A stretch of 60,876 bases of DNA, counting the filler, from Hausera hauseri (lineage: Eukaryota): the NCBI GenBank assembly GCA_046269625.1. It is 12 parts of 12 records of this genome, joined end to end, with 100 filler letters (N's around TTAATTAATTAA, not from the genome) between each part and the next. Parts side by side here need not be neighbours in the genome. Positions count along the whole stretch, not along the records: positions 51,346 to 55,552 come from JBJURY010701327.1; positions 55,653 to 60,876 come from JBJURY010303722.1; 10 more parts are not named here. One strand, 5' to 3'. A model generated the notes under the pieces. That model ran no database searches and had not been told where the DNA came from. It saw nothing but the letters and a program-made list of their open reading frames with translations. Position 1 is the first letter of the stretch. Every line of letters starts with the position of its first letter. Made by a program: the position numbers and the translations under genes. This document shows, one piece after another, positions 51,346 through 60,876 of the stretch.

Positions 51346-51660
51346 TGCTTGTCGTTCAACATAATCTATGATAGTCTGATCACGGGGATTTTTGAACAAC
51401 ACCAAATAGTGTACGTTTAGATTTCGTGTTCGATGCTGTCCGCCCTGATGTGACATGTTTTGATTAACGAAAATAACCGTCATACCATGGTGTCATGCAA
51501 TCTGCGTGAACAAGTTGTTGAAGTCGCTTTGTTTCGCGGCTTCTTGAACTAAAACGTCAATGACAATAACATCACCATGTAGTAATCGTTCAGACCAGTT
51601 CTATTCAAACCCGTCTATGACTGTTATAGATTTTAATTTACAAAATTCCTGATGTTTCAG
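51346..51660 (-). pseudogene. Second A32-like packaging ATPase fragment
   Basis: DVIVIDV..SDFNNLFTQIA..MTVIFVNQNM.HQG.QHRTRNLNVHYLVLFKNPRDQT, very similar to 7140-7395. Confidence 0.88.
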
Positions 51661-52299
51661 ACCAAACCTGTTTGTATAAATTAAGTTTTTGTGTGAACGT
51701 TCAGGGTCGCGACACTATATAAATGCTGAAGTGTTTTCAAAAAAATGTTTTTTGGAAAACCATCGTACTGTGAGATATCATGGACTGTTGTTTGCCAATC
51801 ATTTGATGGCATGACTCTTCTGTCCACGCAAAAATTGTATGCATATTAAGACGGGAAATGTCAAACCGTTAATAATTCTAGAATAACTAGAGGGTAACTT
51901 TAACAATACGTCTTGTCCATTGAGTTCCATTTTTGATACCCGTCTACTTTCTTCATCAAGATACTGATACATTGTGGCAAACGAAATTGTTAAATAGCTT
52001 TTCAAATTCTATATTATTCAAACACATTATCCGTGATAATATTAAACAATTCGTTTAATATAACACTCGTTCCTTCTGATAATTTTATTATCTGTATCTG
52101 GTTGGTTTTACTCGGTATCTCTGAGTTCTGTTTAATTTGCCAATTCTGCATGTTATCATTTCCACGGTTCACGATGCCTGGAACGGTTCTTTGGTTTAGT
52201 TTATTTTGTCTGTTCGAGTGATTCTCCCACGTAGATCTGGACTCCACTGTCCTATCCTCTCTTCTTATTTTACAAGCAGAAGGATCTTTGACAATTTTA

Positions 52300-53420
52300 T
52301 TTAGATGTATTCTGTTTCTGTCTATTGTCTTTCTTTCTCCTTCCTTCTGTGTTAAGTATGTGTGTTTTCCTAAACGTTTGGTAACTGTATATAGTCCTTA
52401 ATATTGAGGATAATATTTATACTATTGCCTTGTTGCTCACTATTAATTCTTAATTTGGATAAATATTTTTGTGTTCTTTCGCTTTCGGCTTTATTTGAAT
52501 GTTTTTAGCCATGCGTTTGAACTGCTCTCTCAGTTTGGTGTTGTATTCACTGACGGATCTTCCAGTGGTTTCATTGGCTTTTCCTAGGTTTAATTGTGTC
52601 CTCATTCGTTTTTCGAATAAGGTCTCATACAGGCTTCATCCGATTGCAGTACTTATCGTGTAACGGAGTTCTAATTCTACTGTTGGAATCGCGTGTCCTC
52701 ACATACAGTTTTATGTCTTACTAATCGAAAATAACACGTCTTTCACCGTTCTGAGGAGTCATGCCACAACTCCATCACCAAAGCGGATAGTATGGGGAGT
52801 TTCTTAATTTTCTGATTCCTAAAATATTGCATAATCCATAAATTATATGGTTCTCAAATGAGGTTCCTCTATCGGAATGTATTATGTCTGAAATGACGAA
52901 TACCACAATTCACTTAATGAATAACGATGCTGCCATAATTTTTGAAATTATGTTCTTCACAGAGATTAACATGGGATACTTGGAATAATTGTCAATTATA
53001 CCTGTAAGGTATTTGGTTCATTTTGGAGTTTCTAGTAAAGGTCCAGCAGTATCTACTGAGATCATTTCGAACGGTTATCCGACTCTTAAAGATTCTTTAT
53101 TTTCGGCGAAGTTTCTCTGCGGTGCTTTGGTTCGCCAGCAATTTTTACAGTGATTAATAGTGAGCCTGACGTTAAACGCAATCCCTGGCCAATAGTATGT
53201 TTGTTTCAGTAGTGTCAACGTTTTGACATCCTAATGTGTCCTTATATAGTATGAGCACTTTGAATAATTTCGGTTATATTTCCTTCTGGGACTATCGGCC
53301 TATATTGATCATCCACACATTTATTCACTAAACCTTCTCTAATTCTTAATTTGTTTTGAACGTTCCATAATTTTTTCGTTTCTTCAGATGATACATACAG
53401 ATCATCGGACCAGTTTTCTA
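52300..53420 (-). mobile_element. Ty3/Gypsy integrase remnant
   Basis: YYWPGI..V...I.HCKNC; PFEMISVDTAGPL; IIDNYSKY; IHSDRGTSFE; SPYYP; degenerate GPY/F near 52390. Confidence 0.85.
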
Positions 53421-54235
53421 GTGTGTATATTAAGGTGTTTCACAAAAATGAAAATTTTTGATTTTGAAAAACTTTCACAGCTTATCAGATGAAACATTTT
53501 ACACATGAAACAGGTACCAAAAAGTTTTCCCATACAGTTACAAAAAGTTCATAATTTTTATATTTTTGTCGTGAAAGCTAATGAGGAAATTTATGAACTT
53601 TCCTGACATTTCTATCAAAACCGTTGTTATTACCATAATAACGGAGTTAAAGTTCATTCGAAACCACTTGAAAGTAATTTAACAGCCGAACTTGCAACAC
53701 TTTAATATATAAATGTATATAAATATAATATATACTGCATCGACATGTGCACTTTAAACATTCGGCGCACAATTCGAAATGGATTAAAATCAATAATTTT
53801 GGTTTCCCGAACGTATTAAAACAATTTCAAATTTTGTTGCATCTGGAATATTCGAAAATCGATAAATTTAACATTCAAATTTTAATTAGAAATCAATAAA
53901 TTCGAAATTCAAATATGAAATTTAATTAAAATTCAATAAAACACGATGCGGAATTCTGAAAATCAAAATTAATTTTTAAGTTATCTTTCGGACATCTTTG
54001 TTCATCTTCATTATCCCATAATCCAGAAACATACACGACGTTTTGTATTTTTGTAAGTTTTACACAATCTTAATGTATTATTTACTCCAATTTGGTCGCT
54101 AGTATGTCTTTAATGTTCCGTCAAACTAAAAGTAATAATGAATACTATGCCATTGGTTGTGCAAAATTTCTTTGCATACGAGTAACGGCATACAATCGAT
54201 TAAATATTTGTTGAATATGCTTACATGGCACAACC

Positions 54236-54805
54236 CTTACTACTAGTCGGAGTTTCACAAGTTTTACAGGTTGAAGTACAAAATTTTATATTGATTAATA
54301 AAATGACAAATATTTTTGCAAATAAAGTTTAGAGTATATAATATGGGTTTCTAAATGTCACATAATTTTGTACTTCTTTAATTTTCCACCTAACAATGCA
54401 GACGAATTTTGTGAATTAACAAACGTTTTACCATTTTTTCGAACATTAGCATTTGACTAATTGTGTTGATTTGATGTTTTGCCGACCTAATAAATATCTG
54501 TATAATATTTGACTCATAACACGTAATCGTTCATGTGTAAAAGTTAATATTTATATAGAAGGAAGAAATATTAGTGATGTAACTGATAATTAGACGAATA
54601 CATTGTACTTTGACATAACATGAATGACAAATAGAAAATTCGAGCATAGTGAAATATTGGTTGAATGAAGAAAGAAAAATTCTATGAAATTTCAAAATTC
54701 TTCTGCACGTAAGGGGGGATGGAGAAGTGCAAAAAATTTTTATATAATTGATCAGTATAAAATTTTGTACCTATAGAACTTGTAAAATTATGACTAGCAA
54801 TAAGG
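54236..54805. repeat. Imperfect ~65-bp inverted repeats about 440 bp apart (MITE/foldback-like)
   Basis: ccttactactagtc..cacaagttttacagg..gtacaaaattttatattgattaat (54236-54300) vs reverse complement of 54745-54805 (ccttattgctagtc..tacaagttctatagg-tacaaaattttatactgatcaat). Confidence 0.65.
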
Positions 54806-56189
54806 TGCTGTTCCTTGTTAGAAATTGAATTTTAGTAAAACACTCGACCTTCTTTGCTAAGAAAATAATGTATAGAGTTCTCAAATGACGACAAGAAAAT
54901 GTGAAGCTGTATTTGTTGTATAAACCTTTCCGTAGAAAAATTAAGCAATTAAATCAAGACTATATGCGTCGTCAAAAGGCGACAAATGAACATTTCAAGA
55001 ATAGTCTGATTAACATTTTCGACAATACTAAAGTTGGCGATATTTGGCTTTCTCGGCGAGACTGTTATGCAATACAATACATGCTCTTCTGTCCTGGTAA
55101 TGCAAGCATTTCACGTGAAATAAATTGTTCAATCCTCACAAATTCACGTTGGGAGTGACTTATTATCTGAACGTGTGGAATTAATGGGGAAAACAAATTT
55201 ACTTTGACAGATGTTTAACGCGATGAATCGGGTGAGACAGATGCGAGATCCTTACCTAATCCTAACTTATAGGTAATGTGTGGGGTACAGTGGCCTCTGA
55301 GGTTGATTTTAGATTATTACTCTCTACGGTTTACTTTGCACTCAGTTATTTAAGATTAGACAGGATGCCGTCAGGTAGGTTTGACCTGGACGGCTTGTGC
55401 AACAAAACTACTTACGGGTTTATTTGGTTATTGACAGTTTACTTAAGGATAAAACATAAAAGACAGCACCTCACGGATGCAAAAACAATAGTATATAATT
55501 CTGGAGACAAATAAACGAAAAATCCAAAACATAAAAGTTATAATGTGTACGTNNNNNNNNNNNNNNNNNNNNNNNNNNNNNNNNNNNNNNNNNNNNTTAA
55601 TTAATTAANNNNNNNNNNNNNNNNNNNNNNNNNNNNNNNNNNNNNNNNNNNNGGATTTTGCTTCACATGTACTAAATTCTTTTTTGGTTTCCCTGTCGTC
55701 CATGCAGTGGACTAGAAAGGTTTTCACCAATTCTTCTTTCGACATGTCATGTTGGTAAACAATTATATTGAAATAAAGTAATAAAAGTAAACTGACTGTG
55801 TAGATCTTTATGTAATCTAAAGCATTACGATGTAAAATAATAAGAAACAAAAATAAGAAATAATCCAACCTGTATGATGCTGAGAAATGTATCGGGCGTC
55901 GATTCAGAGAAACCGACGTCATCAATTATCACGACGTCGTATTTCCACGTCCAGTCAATGGGGGTGTCGTGAAGGAAATGTAACAGGAATGGATTCTTGC
56001 CGTGAGGTAACGCCTAACTTGTTTTTCCTATATTTGAGTTGCCAAATAAGATTGCACTGTTAACTCCCTCATAAGGTCTGAACTGGATGGGAGGCAAGGT
56101 GAATGCTAGAATGCTTTGTTCTTGGGGGTGGGAATAATGAAACCCAATCCAAGCCAAGTGTTATTAGGTCTATGGAATATTGCTTTCTG

Positions 56190-56331
56190 ATTGGTCAGTT
56201 TTCCTTACCCCGATGACGTGTCCTCCTCCCATTGGCTAGTTTTCCTTACCCCGATGACGTGTCCTCCTCCCATTGGCCAGTTTTCCTACCCCCGATGACG
56301 TGTCCTCCGCCAAGTGGTTACTTTCCTACCC
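56190..56331. repeat. 41-bp tandem repeat (~3.5 copies) with CCAAT and TGACGT motifs
   Basis: attggYYagttttcct(t)acccc(c)gatgacgtgtcctcctccc at 56190, 56231, 56272 plus a partial copy. Confidence 0.92.
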
Positions 56332-56359
56332 TGGGGGGTGTGGCCTCATGTGCTCCCTT

Positions 56360-56763
56360 CTACCTGGAGAATTTATAGTTAAATGGTGTAACAAAATCAT
56401 TATTATTATTATACATTTTCCCCACTGAATAAAAAACCATATCAATTAATTCATTAGTCGTATAACGTTTCGATATTACATTCACCAATCTTTCACCAGG
56501 CCCATATATTTTACCTACTAATTTATATCTCCCCCTCCACCAATCAAACATCTTTGAACCATCGAAATCTCTGATCCCTCAGCTAATTCATGTTGGTTCT
56601 TCCCCATCATTATTAAGATAACACAATCATCAACAATTTCATTCCACACATATTTCTTCCCAACTTTCCCGATCAAGCATATATCCCTCACCACACACGC
56701 ACTCTTGGAGACAGAGAGAAGGAAATAACCACAAAAAGTATTATTAAATTCATATGTGACCAT
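56360..56763 (-). pseudogene. Hypothetical ORF split by a frameshift
   Basis: Overlapping ORFs 56518-56763 and 56360-56551 read as one protein-like sequence; no motif recognised. Confidence 0.35.
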
Positions 56764-56814
56764 AGAAATTGTAAATTCTCTGTTATCACATTTCTCACGA
56801 AAGCGGCGATGGTA

Positions 56815-57324
56815 TCATAGATGATTTAAGACAGAATCACTGCCCAGGACTCCCGAGTTTTTCGTATCATAGAAACGGTTTCGATGAGTGAACGAAATTT
56901 GTCGTAAAGAACCATTGGAAAAATTTCTGATATCTTCTTGCGCGAGGTACTTTGTTCTCTTTTTTGTCGTCTCTTGGTCATTTTTCCTTTTTCCATCTGC
57001 TTGAGTTAACGTTTCACAGCGATAAGTAAATTGACTAAAGAAAATTTTATAATAAGATCTCAACGATTTCAATGATCCTTTTGAAAGATATTTGATGTCA
57101 CAACATTTGACCGTATTTTGAAATGTTAATATCAAAGTATCACGATTCCGACGATTTTCATCACCAACACGATTTCTTAGATTTATACGATTGAATTTTG
57201 AATAATATAATCTCCACAATTCTCTTTCATGTGAAATAAGCTTTGGGGGCATTGGTTTTGGGTTGAATTTTTCACAATAATTCCCATTCATCTGTTTTGT
57301 AGAATTATAATCTTCAATGTACAA
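56815..57324 (-). CDS. Hypothetical basic protein (169 aa)
   Basis: Open frame downstream of and co-oriented with polB; no recognisable motif. Confidence 0.35.
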   Translation of the reverse strand: MYIEDYNSTKQMNGNYCEKFNPKPMPPKLISHERELWRLYYSKFNRINLRNRVGDENRRNRDTLILTFQNTVKCCDIKYLSKGSLKSLRSYYKIFFSQFTYRCETLTQADGKRKNDQETTKKRTKYLAQEDIRNFSNGSLRQISFTHRNRFYDTKNSGVLGSDSVLNHL

Positions 57325-57709
57325 TTAGCAGAATTTTTTCAACTTATTATCTTGATTATTATATATTCAAATTTCAAATATATTTTAAATTTTATTTTAT
57401 TCAATAATAATATTTATTATTATAAACTATACACATGTACATTCATACACTTATATATAAATGCACACATACACAGTTTCCCTCTCTCTGTCTCCTTGAA
57501 TCCCTACACACCATATTAACATAAACGCAAATCTTATGTACAATATAATATATATAAGGTCAACATACCATACCTATTCACACACACCTATGTACAAATA
57601 TATCTATTTACACACTCATCTTTACACACACCCTTTCATTTACTCCGGTCTTGATTTCTGATTGGATCGTTGCCGGATTTCCCCACTAACAATCGGGTCC
57701 CAGCACTAC

Positions 57710-59030
57710 CTACTTCCTATATCCCACATGTCCATGAGGTAGTGTGTGGATTCCATCACTTAGGATCTGCCTCTTGTCGTCTATCCAATCTAGGCTTTTC
57801 TTCTGTAAAGTTACAGTTTGGATGCTATGATCCCTAGATTGGATCCATCTCGTCTCTGATATGATGTGAGTCTGCTCCAGCGGAACTGTCACATAATCTT
57901 CAAAACTGATCTTCTTGGACAATGTAGCCCTTTGAGCCGCTTTTGCCCGATTCTTTACTTGGCCACATACTTCTAGGGCGTAAATTTTAGATATGAGAGC
58001 CACAAATCTCGATATTATTGCCCCATTCACCTCGTCTTTGAATTTCCCAAGGACTTTCTTGTTGGTAATTGAATAGTTGGGATGATCCTTTGGATAGTCC
58101 GAGGTATCCATATGTTTGGCCAACTGGGCAAAATCCTTATACATATCTGTATGGATCTGATAGATGAAACTGCATGGGCTTGAACTTGGGGACTATTATA
58201 TTGTAATGGAAATGATACAGGGCTTGTTGAATACCAGTGCTGTTTTCAGAATATGGATGCTGACCAAGTTCTCAGTATATATGGTGCTGCTGTGGAAGTT
58301 AGGTTTGACAGTAAGCTATTTGCCCGCTTCCAGTCACATACTAACTTGATGTTGATCCTGTTGCGGATATTTCCCATCGTCTTGCCAAAGACCGAGTTGT
58401 TGTAAATTTTGAACTGTCCTTCTCAAAATCGTTCTTGGCATTAGTCCGCAGCTCACGTTCATTAAAGATGATCTTTGACTTTGTGAAGTCAGTCAAATGA
58501 TGTTTGTGATCTTCATAAAACTGTATATTCTCTATCACACACAGCATCACATCCTGGGCAGATATAGTAAATGGTCCTATTGAATTTGTGATTATAATAG
58601 CTCCTCATGGTATTGTGGCAATTCTGAGGGTTGTGTATTGCACATGTGCAATACACATATGAACTGCACCATTGGTTTCCCTTTGACACAAAAGACGTTA
58701 TTGGCATATTGGTACTGAATGTTTGTGTTTTTCGACTTGGTGAAGGAAATCAAGTGCTGTTTATGGACATTGTAAGTCTTTAAAATTGGTTTGTCACACT
58801 GCCTCACATGTAGGGCATATATAATACTGAACCCTGTTGTACATATGGCCAAAGTACTTCATAATATTGTGGCAATTTTCAGGCTCATGGATTTGAGCCA
58901 AGCATTTTTTGTAAAGTTTGCACATCTAAAAATTAACCAATTATTTGAGGAGCACAATTAAAAAACTCACCACTCGTTGAAGTGGTTTTGGAAATAATGA
59001 CATATGTAACCATGTCATCATGCACTTCTC
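57710..59030 (-). pseudogene. Protein-primed PolB copy 4: deletion derivative joining the N-terminal Cys/His repeats to the polymerase C-terminus
   Basis: HKHHLTDFTKSK..ELRTNAKNDFEKD junction near 58455-58470; MDTSDYPKDHP..KKVLGKFKDE..SKIYA..DDKR; motif C (YMDTD) also deleted. Confidence 0.9.
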
Positions 59031-59129
59031 GCTTATTGATCGGTTTTAATGCTATTTTGTTTTATTGCATAAATTAAATACATGGTGGGACCAACTTTAA
59101 ATAGGTCATTAAATTATTCGAATAATGCG

Positions 59130-59790
59130 TGCTTGACCGAGTTTTCGAGTTCGAATAGCCAAGTATTCGACTTGTAAGCTTCAATTCGAATATCTGATAC
59201 CGTATTCCGATTCGGCATATATACATTCCTATCCAGCCCCGCTATTAGATTTATTGATTTCCACTTCACGGGGCTTTAAATTCACATTTTGCTTCATTCG
59301 AAATATTGATTTTGTACATATAGTACATTTTCATGGAATAATTTTTATGTATATGGGGGTATTCATATATGAGAAATCGATTGTCGTTGTTAGATTTTTC
59401 GAATAGTTCGATATTTGATATTCGCCATACTCGATTTCCTATCTGTCCCCGCCAATTATAATATCGAATTTTGCTTCCTTAGGACCTAAAAAACCTATGG
59501 GAAGTTTGTCCCAGTTGTACTTTGGATCATTATTATTCCATAACTAATCGATAAATTGAAACTCTAACTGTACAGTGATAGTCCATCATGTGTGCTTTCG
59601 ATTGCACCCGGTGCCGGGTGCAGATCATTAACATTGGTATTATCGGAAATCCGATATTATTGATTTTTGTACATTTGCACATGCGCAGCACCTGCCCTGT
59701 GCACTAATCGATCTGCACTGACGTGCACTATCGATTAGCACTTTGTCCCGATCGATTTGGTTAAATGTGCATAAATGTGCTTAGCAACGG
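59130..59790. repeat. Third copy of the palindrome-rich non-coding block upstream of polB
   Basis: 59580-59790 is the reverse complement of about 50270-50540 and is collinear with 46330-46580. Confidence 0.75.
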
Positions 59791-60876
59791 TGGGGTGGGA
59801 CAGACTCCCCATTTTTCCCCTACTTATATTTTTATGAATGATGTGTATTAAATAAATTCTTGATTATTTCGAGTATATTTCATCGATTTTTAGTTAAGCG
59901 GGGGAATTTTTGCATATTTTTGTACGCTCAGTTATAAATATTGTTATGTAAACTCTTGAGTTCTTAGTAACTTTTGTCTGATTTAGTAATGTTTTAGTTA
60001 AGCTGAATAATTTTACCATGTATTTTGATGGCTTTTGATTGATAACTTAAGCGATTTATAGGCTACATCTTGAAAATTTTTTAAATTCTTTACATTTACA
60101 GTTGATTTTTTCCATCTCTAACTTTTACTTCATTTGGGATGATTTTGACATTTTTTGACAAATTTTCAATGATAAAGCAGAATTACAAATGTAATCAATT
60201 AAACACTTGACTTTAGTAAATTTTGCCGGTTTTAGTAATCTTTCACAAGTAGAATGATTTTATGACGTATTTAGTTAATGTTAGGTAGATAAATGTGTAT
60301 GTTTTAAGTGAATTTAAGGTTACAATTTGAATAATTGTTTCAACTTATGAATAATTTTATCAGATTATGTTTATTTCGGTATTTATATTTAAATAAGGTG
60401 ATTAAGTCATACTTTTGCTAACTTTTGATTTACAAATCTATTTTCAATGAATTATACAAATTCCTAATTAAACTCTCGAACTTTTACTGTAGAATTTATT
60501 TGTTTCAATAAATCTTAATCAAATAGGGTAATTTTGTGTATGTTGATTGATTTTAGAATGATAGATCTTTATGTATTTTCACAGAATTACAAATATTAAT
60601 AAATGAAACTCTTAATCTTTTAAGTAAATTTTGTCTATTTCTGTAATTTTTAATTTATGGTAATTTTATCACACATTTTGCTGAATTTTGACTTTGAAAC
60701 ATAGTTTCAGTGGATTACGGAAACTCCGAATTAAATAAATTCTTTTAATCTTTTGAATGTTTTAGTAAATTTTGGACAATTTTATCATTTTTAATTTAAT
60801 AGTGCAAATTACTCATACGTTTTATCGAATGTGACTTATAGATCTGTCATTTGAGATAATAACCTCCTTCATACTC

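Noticed and set aside
5826-55652. Recurrent TTAATTAATTAA as a biological repeat or piggyBac TTAA site
   Set aside because: Always centred in N44 runs; an artificial six-frame-stop spacer.
56190-56331. CRISPR-like array
   Set aside because: Head-to-tail repeats without unique spacers, no cas genes, eukaryotic context.
1-60876. Alternative genetic code explaining the many in-frame stops
   Set aside because: All three stop types occur at positions of different expected residues, alongside frameshifts and deletions; this is ordinary pseudogene decay.
59800-60876. Very AT-rich tail as a gene or defined repeat
   Set aside because: No ORF; only short loose recurrences (cagaattacaaat twice), too weak to call.

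Overview
This window is not one continuous locus. It is 12 short contigs (about 4-7 kb each) of an AT-rich eukaryotic draft genome, joined by artificial 100-bp spacers (N44-TTAATTAATTAA-N44). The source is most likely an invertebrate animal: there is a short-intron ASZ1/GASZ-like gene and I-set Ig domains. Gene order across spacers carries no meaning. The content is mostly decayed mobile DNA: (i) a Polinton/Maverick (adintovirus-like) morphogenesis module with an A32-like ATPase, a pX-like protein, an internally deleted integrase, two tandem penton-like genes and a divergently transcribed compact TBP homolog; (ii) four protein-primed PolB copies, three with an unrecognised N-terminal Cys/His repeat domain and three next to a shared non-coding block; (iii) a NeSL/R2-group non-LTR retrotransposon with an Ulp1-like remnant; (iv) a CsRn1-like Ty3/Gypsy element; (v) pogo and mariner fossils; (vi) a 4.5-kb GAAC/GAAA satellite; (vii) an in-frame GFM2-ZFYVE1/DFCP1 chimera. 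The best candidate for an undescribed system is contig 8 (37197-42558, minus strand), a Gypsy-type retroelement ordered helical region - ubiquitin-like domain - AT-hook - chuvirus-like fusion glycoprotein - aspartic protease - RT. Its envelope gene lies upstream of pol and no Gag is recognisable in between. All family assignments come from motif recognition by eye and need HMM or structure confirmation; boundaries of decayed genes are approximate.
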